Of a stretch of DNA of 64,000 nt, positions 40,501 to 50,300 are shown piece after piece. The notes under the pieces were generated by a model that was not told the origin of the DNA, ran no database searches, and saw only the letters and a program-made list of their open reading frames with translations. How positions within the stretch are numbered: position 1 is the first letter of the stretch; each line of letters opens with the position of its first letter. The stretch comes from Mytilus edulis (lineage: Eukaryota), in contig NC_092345.1 of NCBI RefSeq assembly GCF_963676685.1, positions 80,786,001 through 80,850,000 on the forward strand, written 5' to 3'. Made by a program: the position numbers and the translations under genes.

Positions 40501-42053
40501 GGAAAAACGTCCTTAGTTGTCACTTTATTAAGGGGACGAAAATCAATGCAGTACCGCAGACTGCCGTCCTTCTTTCTTACTAAAACAGGACAGGAACACC
40601 AATCTGAAATAGAAGGTTTAATAACCCCCTTATCCAACATTTGATTAAGATGTTTTTCTTCTTCATTTTCAAATTTCAGTGGAGTTCTACGCATTTGTTG
40701 TTTAATAGCAGCTGCTTCCCCTGTGTGAATTCGGTGTTTAATATCCCCATTAAACAATCCTAGATCCATGTCTCCTTTAGCAAAAATATTTTGAAATTCA
40801 ATGAGTACTTCAGCAATCTTTATGCTACGATCTATGTCAAAATATTCTACTGTTCGAGTATACAAATCTTTCAGGTGTTCTGGAATCTTAGAATTGAGTT
40901 CTTTTAATTTGTTAAGTTTATTTACAGAATCTCCATCTTTTATTACAGTACGAATTTTTTTTGACGGGTTGACAGAAAATCTGTCACCTTTGGGCGGTTT
41001 GACAGAAAATCTGTCACCTTGGGGCGGGCTGACAGAAAATCTGTCACTTTGAGGCGGACTAACAGAAAATCTGTCACCTTGGGGTGGACCAGCAGAAACC
41101 CTGTCACCTACATGTACCTTTTCCAATGTCTCAAAATTACCAAATGGCGAACTGACAGAGAATCTGTCACTTACGTTTTCTGATGTTTCACATGAATATG
41201 GATTATCGACATTGACAGAAACTCTGTCACTATGTACCTCGGGGTCTTCAGCCAAATCATCCTGATCAGTTACAACATTGTATATCTCCATACCAATACC
41301 AAATTTATGACCCCCTTTCAATGTGATAAAAGTGTCTGTGTCGTTTCGAAATACAGCCTTCACGGTTTCATTCTTAGCAATTAAAGCATTTGGGGACAAA
41401 AGACCTTTTAAATTGGATTTCGGCTGAATGATTATATCATCTGCTGGGGTGTGATCAATTTCCATATCAACTATTTTTAAGCTATGAGGTGGCACAACTG
41501 TTTTCTTCTTTATACTAATCCTGTATAAATTTATTTCTTCTCCCTCGTTCCCAACCAAACATACTGCTGGTATAGCCTCATTGTTTATGTGGACAGTGTA
41601 GTTTGCCATATCAATAACTGCTCCAAATTTCTCCAAGAAATCAATACCCAGAATGATGTTATCATTTATGTTAGCAGTTACAAACCTCCATTTTGATTTT
41701 AACTTTCCTATTTCGATAGGTATCTCCTCTGTATATCTAGCATCAATCTTAGAATTCCTTCCAGCTCCTCGCAAAACTAAATGTTCCTTTAGTTTAATTG
41801 TTGACTGAAAAAGTGGTAAAATTGAAGTACTCAAAACAGATATTTGAGCAGCACTATCTATTACAGCCTTAAATGTTTTCCCTAAAACTTTCATCTCAAT
41901 GAACAAGGTTTTTGATTTTTTGTTTTTATCAAATGAAAAAATTTCTTGAATCGAAAACTTTTGTTCTTGCCCAGACATTTCTGTTGGCGGTTGGCCTGTA
42001 TCATCTGAAAAGGTCAAGGATTGGCCTACATCCTTGGCCCTGAGTCGTTTAAA
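37527..42053 (-). CDS. pol: Pol (protease, RT, RNase H, integrase), expressed by -1 frameshift from gag
   Basis: AVIDSAA protease; LRYCIDFRPLN, LPFGLCNSPATF and YLDD in RT; LDTDAS..TDHNSL..NADALSR RNase H; H-H-C-C, DILGP, TDQG, NGQVER and WKGPY in integrase. No internal stops; frame is open back to the slippery site. Confidence 0.96.
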   Translation of the reverse strand, partial: FKRLRAKDVGQSLTFSDDTGQPPTEMSGQEQKFSIQEIFSFDKNKKSKTLFIEMKVLGKTFKAVIDSAAQISVLSTSILPLFQSTIKLKEHLVLRGAGRNSKIDARYTEEIPIEIGKLKSKWRFVTANINDNIILGIDFLEKFGAVIDMANYTVHINNEAIPAVCLVGNEGEEINLYRISIKKKTVVPPHSLKIVDMEIDHTPADDIIIQPKSNLKGLLSPNALIAKNETVKAVFRNDTDTFITLKGGHKFGIGMEIYNVVTDQDDLAEDPEVHSDRVSVNVDNPYSCETSENVSDRFSVSSPFGNFETLEKVHVGDRVSAGPPQGDRFSVSPPQSDRFSVSPPQGDRFSVKPPKGDRFSVNPSKKIRTVIKDGDSVNKLNKLKELNSKIPEHLKDLYTRTVEYFDIDRSIKIAEVLIEFQNIFAKGDMDLGLFNGDIKHRIHTGEAAAIKQQMRRTPLKFENEEEKHLNQMLDKGVIKPSISDWCSCPVLVRKKDGSLRYCIDFRPLNKVTTKDVFPLPKIESCMDTLRGSAYMSTLDMAAGYWQIEIDEKDRHKTAFVTKYGLFEHVRLPFGLCNSPATFSRVIQLVLKGLTWRECLAYLDDVIVLGHSFEDHLSKLLHILKRFQYYNLKLKPSKCFLFQKEVKFLGKIVNKDGISVNPENMQTVKSWPRPKKKKELESFLGFTNYHREHIKNYAEIAVSLHKLTGEKSEFVWTEEQENAFEQLKTALVNSSVLAYPDPEATFILDTDASDKTIGAELSQLQDGKERTISFSSKVLTPAQKKYCTTRKELLAIVTFTRQYRHYLLGNQFVVRTDHNSLTWLLNFKNIEGQLARWIEELSQYNMLVQHRPGKKHVNADALSRIPDTLNECNSYLPSISLNKLPCGGCKYCTRARNQWSTFEEEVDFVKPLTVRAVSIKDVASTKEKMLQPYTETELRDAQKNDIDLSTVIAWLSTDFSPSKQDLQMCSPFVRHLWQTKSQLEFRNGILYYFWDDAVAPRLLFITPRKLRQEMLHLCHDLRSAGHLGQDKTLAKLRHTVYWYGMTMDCKLYVSTCQICNRYKKPLKRAKAELGRYHSGVPFERIHLDILGPLPVTKQNNKYVLVIIDQFTKWLECCPLPNQNAEVVAKALMDSTISRFGCPMELHTDQGKNVDGRVIRQLCDLLEVSKTRTSAYHPASNGQVERYNRIITQLIRCFLKKTQNRWDIHLQQLAGAIRATENRQTGFSPNFMVFGREVNQPIDLVLGQIKERFPDQDICKYVQSLRKSLEDAHDIARDNLKSAQKRQKQDYDLNLNFRKYCVGDIVLKLDTARKVGISPKLKAPWKGPYVVIEVKSPALLKIKDRKREEVVHHDRLKLCIDREIPLWLQRLRNDILGRAENKLERDTNMELEDLYLDILFSGGNQNTQNDLNPLSESLTDDLDNNDPFLVSDSLTNNSNNERIILKDLHSLIDIPFDLDATLAYDLSQNSLFLNSDDINRDTDTLDNGSKQGQVGRRKRQMPSYLHDYVQ
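40968..41230 (-). repeat. 30-bp in-frame tandem repeat inside pol (GDRFSVSPPQ), ~5 tandem plus 2 dispersed copies
   Basis: gacagaaaatctgtcacctt at 30-bp spacing. Confidence 0.9.
42011..42053 (-). promoter_or_regulatory. -1 ribosomal frameshift signal
   Basis: T TTA AAC heptamer in the gag frame (42053-42047), 6-nt spacer, stem-loop GGGCCAAGGAT-gtaggcca-ATCCTTGACCT; pol is in the -1 frame. Confidence 0.85.
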
Positions 42054-43588
42054 GCTTTTGGTGATGGAGATCTATTATTACGATAGGGAGAACTGTTTCT
42101 TGGCTTCTTGCAATCCCTACTAAAATGACCTTCTTCCCCGCAATTATAGCAGTTACCTCTTGCAGGACTATTGTACCTTCTTTGTGGCGAAAAAGCTCGA
42201 TCTGTTCTCTGTGGTGACCTTGACCTCATATTCTGACTTACTATGCTCAATACTTTTTTTACCATAATCTTCGTTTCTAATAAATCATCTTCTGTCTTCT
42301 GTAATCTTTTCTCGAACACATTTATCTTATTTGCTCCTTCTTCAGACTTCATAATTGCACGTACATTTTGTACTGATGTTTCCTGTGTATCCTCATTTTC
42401 ATCATTTTGCTCCATAAAAGAAACCCTTTTAATTTCTGCTCTTCGTGTACCCATTATGACTTTTTGATTCGCCACTGCACTTCGTACATATTGTACCGCT
42501 TGATCCAGAGCATCTGGATTTTTGTCCATAGCAGTCAAAGCTGCACGCTTGTCTACACAACCTTTAAGAAAAGCATCTGTTGCCAAAGTTTGTACGAAAT
42601 TATCCGGGGTATCCGGGTAGCCATCGGTAGCCAGCTCCTGTGCTCTTTCTGCAAATTCCTCTAACGATTCCTCTTGCTCTTGTTTAAGATCTTGCAAAAG
42701 TCTTCTGACAATGTGTGGTGGTTCCTTTCTACCAAAACGCTCTTCCATTTTTTTACATAAGCTTTCATAATTAGTTTGTACGAACTTTGGTCTCGAGCTA
42801 TAAAATTTCAAAGCTTTATCTCGCAAACATTCAATCAATTTATACAACCTTTGCTCACTCTGCCACTTGCATCTATCAGCTATAGTGCTAAATTGTAGAT
42901 AATAAGGACGCCAGTCATTTCTGCCATCATATGTTGACATCTTTGGTGCTGTGGGACCACCATACTCTGCGTGTTTATGATCATTAGCATTATATTTTCC
43001 TTTCAATAGTTGAACAGGACTACTCTTTTCCTCTTTTTCGGCTATTACTTTTTCTACTTTAAGCAAAGTTTCTTTCTGCTGTAGTTGAGTCTGAATTTTC
43101 TTTGAATATTCATGTATATCTTTAATCTCTTCATTCTGTGATTTAATCATTTCTTTCATTTGTTCAATTTGTTCCTGTTTCTGTTTTGTATAAACGTCTC
43201 TTTGTTGTTCAAACATAAGCCTCTGTTCTTCTATATGTGCTTTACTCTGTTCAGAAATTTTCTCTATTTTTGTTTGAAAAGTCTCTGCCATATCATCTCT
43301 GGATTTTTCTACCAACAAAATCTTATGACGTAATGACTCAATGGTGTTTTTCAGGACCTCTTGACCTTCATCAGACTCCTCTGGGTCCTCAAAACAAATT
43401 ATTTTCTCATTCAACAGTGCAGTCCACAATGATTGTGGTGCTTCTGGAATCTCCTTTAAATTATCTAAATTAAGTAATCCATCTTCTTCTCTCTTTGCAA
43501 TTATTGCTAAGGCTCTAGTTTCACCTATCTTTTTAATCGCTTTTAACTGTGTAAAGTTAGCTTTGTTTATATTAATAGGTTTCGCCAT
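42026..43588 (-). CDS. gag: Gag (520 aa from first ATG): N-terminal HhH domain, coiled coil, capsid-like region, CCHC knuckle
   Basis: The ORF track start at 43603 is TTG; first ATG is 43588. PKMSTYDGRNDW...LQDLKQEQEESLEEFAER capsid-like segment; CYNCGEEGHFSRDC; RS/SP-rich tail. Confidence 0.92.
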   Translation of the reverse strand: MAKPININKANFTQLKAIKKIGETRALAIIAKREEDGLLNLDNLKEIPEAPQSLWTALLNEKIICFEDPEESDEGQEVLKNTIESLRHKILLVEKSRDDMAETFQTKIEKISEQSKAHIEEQRLMFEQQRDVYTKQKQEQIEQMKEMIKSQNEEIKDIHEYSKKIQTQLQQKETLLKVEKVIAEKEEKSSPVQLLKGKYNANDHKHAEYGGPTAPKMSTYDGRNDWRPYYLQFSTIADRCKWQSEQRLYKLIECLRDKALKFYSSRPKFVQTNYESLCKKMEERFGRKEPPHIVRRLLQDLKQEQEESLEEFAERAQELATDGYPDTPDNFVQTLATDAFLKGCVDKRAALTAMDKNPDALDQAVQYVRSAVANQKVIMGTRRAEIKRVSFMEQNDENEDTQETSVQNVRAIMKSEEGANKINVFEKRLQKTEDDLLETKIMVKKVLSIVSQNMRSRSPQRTDRAFSPQRRYNSPARGNCYNCGEEGHFSRDCKKPRNSSPYRNNRSPSPKALNDSGPRM

Positions 43589-43663
43589 TTTATCTTTACG
43601 CAATGTTTATAATTATGCGATTTATTATTTACAAAATAACCGTGTAGCGATTTGTCGCGGTTC

Positions 43664-43887
43664 TGTCAGTAACACTGACACAATAATATAAATATGCAGT
43701 TTATTATTTACTGAATAACAATGTAGCGGCTTGTCAGTAACACTGACACAATAATATAAATATGCAGTTTATTATTTACTGAATAACAATGTAGCGGATT
43801 GTCAGTAACACTGACACTGATTTATAACTATGCGATAATTTTTCAGTGATTAGCCGTATTGCGGAGTGTCAGTAAAACTGACACCAG
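43664..43887. repeat. 68-bp-period repeat with TGTCAGT-n3-ACTGACA hairpins in the element's 5' leader
   Basis: Hairpins start at 43664, 43732, 43800 and 43867. Confidence 0.85.
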
Positions 43888-44135
43888 GAATTTTTCACAA
43901 ATTTTCAAAAATTTTCAAAGTAGATATTTCTATGAAAACAAATGGATGTATGGGCAATCGGTTATCAGAAATTCTGATATTAAATTTCCATGATTATTAT
44001 ACTCATGAAATATGTAATGTTCTTTTCTATAGGTACAATAACTGTTTGTTTTCTTTGTTGTGATTTTTCAGTTTTGCCGCCAAAATGTCAGGAAACAATG
44101 AATGTCTCGAGTCGATTTAAAGTCGATTCGAACCG

Positions 44136-44148
44136 ACTTCTGACACCA
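44136..44148 (-). promoter_or_regulatory. Primer binding site (tRNA-Leu)
   Basis: Minus strand TGGTGTCAGAAGT, 1 nt inside the 5' LTR; complementary to the ...ACUUCUGACACCA 3' end of eukaryotic tRNA-Leu. Confidence 0.85.
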
Positions 44149-44149
44149 A

Positions 44150-44354
44150 TGTTGTAATAATTCGATATACCTTTCCTAATATAAGATGTCGTCTAGGTAG
44201 AATACACTGTTAGGGCAGGAATCCCAGGGCTGGAGTTCACCACAACTGGGTCGTCTGAGCTCCGGATATATTCTGCGAGGTTGCGCAGTAAATACTAACT
44301 GAAGTTCCGGTATCTAATCCGGTTATGGCAATAACTTTCCGGACCTTTACTACA
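44150..44354 (-). repeat. 5' LTR (205 bp)
   Basis: Identical by eye to 35630-35842 except for an 8-bp deletion near the PBS-proximal end. Confidence 0.95.
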
Positions 44355-47300
44355 CGTCTACAAAAGACTCATCAGTGACGCTCGAATCCAAAAAAGTTAA
44401 AAAGGCCAAATAAAGTACGAAGTTGAAGAGCATTGAGGACCAAAATTCCTAAAAGTTTTGCCAAATCCAGCTATTAATTGTAAACAGTTAATTTATAAAT
44501 ATAATCATATCAATGATAATTCATGTCAGCACAAAAATGACTTTACAACTTTTAGAATATAAAAGGGAAAATAACAAAAATATCGAACTCCGAGGAAAAT
44601 TCAAAACAGAAAGTTCATAATCAAAAGGCAAAATCAAAAGCTCAAAACACATCAAACAAATGTTATAATTGATTAAATCATAAATTTTAAAAGTCATATA
44701 TTTTTTATCGAATTCTTTTAAGACATATATTTCATTGGATTGTTTTTATTAATATTTAGGTGTTCCAAGGATTCCAGAAATTCATGAAGATTTGTCAGAA
44801 GTACAGGAACTATGCCGAGTTGCAAAAATATTCAATCTTTCCATGCTGGAAACCATTTGCAGAAACATTGAGAACGAAGAGGACTTTCTGAATCCGAGTA
44901 TTGGTACTTATCTCAACGACGAGACTGGAAAAGAAATGAAAACCTTGTTTTTTAATAAACCATCATGCTGTGACGTTATCTTTAGAGTCGAAGGTAAATC
45001 TAATGTATATTATGATTTTTTAAACAGGTTTCGAAGTGACAATTAACCTTCTTTACTAACTAATGTCTTATAATAAAGAGACAATTCACACTAGTTTAGA
45101 AAAAAAATAGCCATCGAATTAGTGATTTGAACTATGCATTATGTTAATATGCAAGATGTGCATGCATGTATGTTACATTTTAGATTCGAAATAAAGGTTC
45201 ATTCATTTTAAGTATGAACGGCAATAAATGCTCAATGTGGTGTACTATGTATTATAAATTATCTCTTTAAATATGAAGGGTATCAGAAGTGTGCACATTT
45301 TATTATTTAATGAATAGCTATTATCTATTTTGAATTTATTAAACCATAAAACTAATCTTTGACTCTTCACATTGAATAATCCGCGAAGCGGATTATGTAA
45401 AATATGAAGAGTCAAAAATTAGTTTTATGATTCAATAAAATCAAAATAGATAATAGCCATTCATTATAAATAAATTTCTATCAAAAATAAGGCTCAAGGA
45501 ACATTTTATATTATTTATATTAACAATAACAACGTACACACATGTTGGCGTATGAATACACAGAGGGGGCGTGTCACCATCAAAATTGACAACATTGAAA
45601 ATAAAACTAATAATTTTAACCAATCAGAAGACAGTAAATATACCAAATTTATTTATACCTAAATAAGGTTATATATTAAAGTTGTTGTATTGTCTGAAAA
45701 CCATGTGTATATTGTAGATCAGAGTATCTATGCCAATAAAGTGGTTCTATGTGCCAGATGTCCTGTGATGGCAGCTATGTTTAGTGGGAAATTTGTGGAA
45801 AGTGACAATGAAATATTAACAGAGGTAATTCAATTTGAAATTCTTTATTTTTTCATATATATCAGTGAACAAAGTCAGCGAATTGATCATAACATAGAAC
45901 AAATAGGAAAAACTATTAAATTATTCAATGAAAAACATTTATTTGCACTACGAGCGAGTATTTATTAGATAAATTGAGTCAAAAAGCGAGAAAATATTGA
46001 ATTGTTGATGACTTACGAAGGGAAAAAATTTATTATGCGGAAAATGATGACAACACGGCACTCAATTTCGAAGATGAAGATCGAAAGTATTCATATATCT
46101 GCGACGGAATTAAAAAAAATATCTCCTAAGTGTTCTTGCATTTATTTTTCATGTATTCCTGTCATTATAGCGCAATTTAAACATTGCCATTAAGCGCGAT
46201 GTTTTGCTAGACACACAAAGAGGTTCAACCTACCCATGTGAGCTTATGCCATCACTTGGCCTCCGTCGTCGACCGTCGTCGTCGTGGTCGTCGTCGTCGA
46301 CGTAAACTATTTCAAGAATCTTCTCCTCTGAAACTACTGGGCCAAATACCTTCAAACTTCAACTGAATGTTCAATATAGTATTTAATTTATAAATTGTAT
46401 CCGAACTTTTGATACATCAACAAACATGGCCACAATGGCTAGCAATATAACATAGGGGTCAAGTGCAGTTTTTGGCTTATATCTCAAACCTGAAGTATTT
46501 AATGCAAATCTGACATAGGGTTAAATGTTCAACAGGTCAAGATCTATCAGCCCTTAGATTTTTGCACGATGAGTGTCTGATTGGCAAACCTACAACATCT
46601 CCTAACTTTTAAATGGATGCATTAAATAGTAACCAATTAACAAGAGCGCTTCATGCTAACATTTCGATTTTCGATATTTCTTATATTCAGTGAAAAAAAT
46701 GTCTTAGAGAACATGTAAAATTATAGATATTGCATTTGGTAGACATGCTTTGAACTGAATTTGATTTGATTTTATTTTAGGTGAAAATACCAAACACTTC
46801 CGTGGAATGTTTTCTTGCATTGTTGGAATACATGTATACAGATCATGCTCCAATCGAAGAAACTGATTCTGTTGGCATTGTGGTATTGGCAGATGAATAT
46901 GGACAGTCTCGATTAGTTGATCTGTGTGAATTGTATATAACAAAAGAAGTTGATAAAAGTGTCACAAAACGGATTGAAAAAGCGGAGATTGATGTTATCG
47001 GTCTTCTGCTCACAGCTCAGGTAACTCTTTTATTGCTACTATTGTTATTGCTTGAAGCGACACTATAAATTCATAATTTTATCGGCATTTTTTATATTTT
47101 CCCATTTGATCTTACTGCCTTATAATTTTTAAAGATTGAGAACAAGACTGGATACCTGAAAATATTGGACAATGACGTCTTGTATAAGTGCTCAAGTCCA
47201 CCCGCATCAATTAAACATTAAAATGCATGCAACTTCAATTATACAACTGAACAACTTTACAAACGTTCCATACGCTTAAATGTAGTTTTACTTCCCATTT

Positions 47301-50300
47301 CTTTTTACTCCATATCGAAATACGAACGAAAAGGAAAATTGCATTTCAGATAAATTTCCAATATAAAGAATTATAGCATTTAATTTTTTATGACGAATTT
47401 AACAGCTCGATATTAATCACCCTAGCAGGCTCGCTTGAAGTTCTTGCTGATAAAGACATTATAAAAATCAAGATGCCATTATTTTATATGTATTTTCTAT
47501 CTCACAATGGAAACCTTGACATTGTTTTATTTTCATTGGTCACAATTTCTTATAAGCACTAAAAATAAATCGAAATTCTAGTGATCTCAATTTGTTAAGT
47601 GTTTTCTTCAGAGATATTTTTTTTAATAAAATATTTATACTGCTTAAACCTATGTAATATATAACAAGTGTTTACATAACACTCATTATGGTCACGTATA
47701 TGCTTACATGTGATAGTGATATGTCAGTCAACATATGCTTGACACCATCCACGTGACTATCACGTGTCACCTTTTTTTTATATTTTTGAATTATCTTGTA
47801 TATATTCGATCATTTTGTTGTTAATTAAAGCATTAATCTATGTATTTACTGGTATCAGGTGCATTTTTGTCTAGACAGTTCAAGTTGAATATGGTATACT
47901 AAGAATTTAATTTATTTCAGGCTTACAACGCTAACCAGTTAGCTGGATGGTGTTTACATTTTATTTCTTCCAACTACATAGCTTTTGAAAAGAGGCAAGA
48001 CTTTTCCAAGTTAAAAGGAGATAACAAAGATCATGTTGAAGAACATCGTTGGCCTCCGTTGTCGTACCTTAAAGAGGTGGAAGTTTATGAAGCAGAGATG
48101 AAGAAAAGAGGCGAAAAGTGTAGAATAATGTGAAGTCGCTGGTTAAAACAATTACCGATTTCATAAAAGCTTCACAGGGTCGTTGGCAATTTTGCAATTA
48201 TGTGATTTTATCGAAAGGACCATTGTAATTCTCAGACCGAGACTTTCAGCTAGAGATGTTAAAGATATAACTTCGATTTATTTCGGAACACTGTAAAAAT
48301 GCAATGGAAACAATATATTGTCACACGGTTGAAAATATTGTTTAATTTGAAAGCTTAAATAAATCTTAAGTCTTTTTTTCTATATTGAGTAGTTCTTACA
48401 TGGTTCTAATATGATTTTGCAAAATATCTAATTGATTTGACTTCCAAATTGGACTATGAATTTAATGCATAAAACAAATGGTAACTTGCTTATTTTAAAG
48501 ACAACTTTTGTGAAGAAAATCATTGGCATCCGTTTGTCGTACCTTAAAGAGGGTGGACGTTTATGAAGCAGAGAAGAAGAAAATAGGCGAAGGGTGTTGA
48601 ATAATGTTAACAAATACAACATAAAACAAATGTTACCTTGCTTATTTTAAAGAAAACAAGAGATATTTAACCAACGATATCGTGTCATAGTTTACCACTC
48701 AGCTGATACCTCGCAGAAGACTATAAGTCCCGAAGTGTATCACAAGCGTAGTAGTCATAACTTCGGATTTCGCATTGAAACAAACATTTTTTTTCCTTCA
48801 AAATTTGATGTTATTTGTTCTGCCTCAGTGCATATTATAGCCATAAGACACAAACAGATATAATCATTTATTCCGAAAACCACGAAACAATGAGTTCGAC
48901 ATATTTGTGCTATGATATTTTTAAATGATTATGCGTTGACGTAGTTTATGATACTTTCGCTCATTACACATATGCAAAAGCTATCATATCAATGCTTAAG
49001 TATATGTTATCGAAAACAATGTTTTACGTCCTACAAATACAAACGTGAGTTTTGTTTTAAACAAGTACCAAGTCAGGAAAATGGCCATTGTTACATTATA
49101 CTTCGTTTCTGTGTGTGTTACGTTTCGGTGTTGTGTCGTAGTTCTATTATATTTGGTACGTTTCCCTCAGTTTTAGTTTGTAACCCGGATTTGTTTTTTC
49201 TATATCGATTTATGAATTTTGAACAGCGGTATACTACTGTTGCCTTTAATTTATCAAACATTGTTCTATACAGTATTCAATATTCACAATCAGTCTACCA
49301 ACAAAACCATCTTACTAACTGGTCTTGTATATGTAACAGCTTTTCCTTCCTTACAGATGCAGATACGAGCGCGTCTTGCGTACTTTTTAATCATCGCTTT
49401 TCATAACATCCTTAACATTGCCTAGTGGCCAATCTCCTGGGTAAACAAATTTGTTTTTCATACGAATTACATCTCCGACCTTAATATTGTCAACAAGCAA
49501 TTTTCGTCTCTGTTGCAAACTTTGTGAATAATCTTACCTCAAATGCTTCCAGAAAATATCTGATAGTACTTTCACACATTTCCACTGATATTTCTGAATT
49601 TTACTGTGCGCTGTGTTTTTGTTATTTCACACTTGCTAGTGGTAGAGGGGAGGGTTGAGATATCAAACATATGTTTACCCTCTACTGCCCTTACCTGCAT
49701 GTTTGTGCCTGCCCTTAGTCAAGAAACGCTAGTCTTTGCAAGTCCTGTATGGTTTTTGGTGGAAGAAGACTGCAAGTCTTCTGAAGACCTATGGTGCCGA
49801 CTTTACAACCGTTACAACCTCCGTATGCCGCATCCGTTTCTGTGCATAACAATTTCATAAAAACTTCCGATTCTTGACATCGATTTTTACTCATGATTAA
49901 GCATCTGAATCTTTTTATTTGTAAATTAGGATTGAAAAACAATCACTATCGTAAATATGTACTCTTTCATTTATGTAAATTATTAGATTTCATCTCATCT
50001 ACATGAACATTGTTTGTTTACTTGTAACCGGATGTTTTTAATGTAGATTTTGTAGTACGCATGTGTGAATTTAGATCGGGTCGACTCGCCCTGTTTACAT
50101 GTTCGCTCTTGGTCTGTTCGTCCTTAGTTCTTTCGACCCTATAGTACGTTCGCCCTGTGTTCATTCTCTTCACTCTTATCAAGGACGTTTTATAATACGT
50201 TCTTGCATTTATTAAAAAAATATTATCGTTAAAAAAACCTCTCAAACAAGATTTAGTGAAAATCATCTGTTCCTTATTTTGTTCCCAAGGATAAACAATC

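Larger units (their letters stand above)
35630..44354 (-). mobile_element. Full-length Ty3/Gypsy LTR retrotransposon (8725 bp): gag, pol and an extra ZnF-TatD ORF
   Basis: TG...CA LTRs at both ends; TSD CGTC at 35626-35629 and 44355-44358; empty site tttCGTCtacaaaag visible in copy 1 near 18524; pol domain order PR-RT-RH-IN. Confidence 0.97.
27726..48133 (+). pseudogene. RhoBTB: 5'-truncated tandem duplicate of the RhoBTB gene (exons 2-10)
   Basis: Exon copies at 27726-27894, 30251-30384, 30587-30698, 33803-33996, 34816-34999, 44760-44993, 45718-45824, 46781-47020, 47921-48133. No exon 1 copy upstream. In-frame TGA at 30641-30643 (GGA in copy 1). 8.7-kb Gypsy element in intron 6. Confidence 0.85.

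Noticed and set aside
36210-43473. Short + strand ORFs antisense to gag, pol and ORF3
   Set aside because: Shadow frames of the long minus-strand ORFs with no motifs.
35630-44354. Identification as the bivalve Steamer element
   Set aside because: It shares short LTRs and a Leu PBS, but Steamer has a single gag-pol ORF with no third ORF; this element is frameshifted and much longer.
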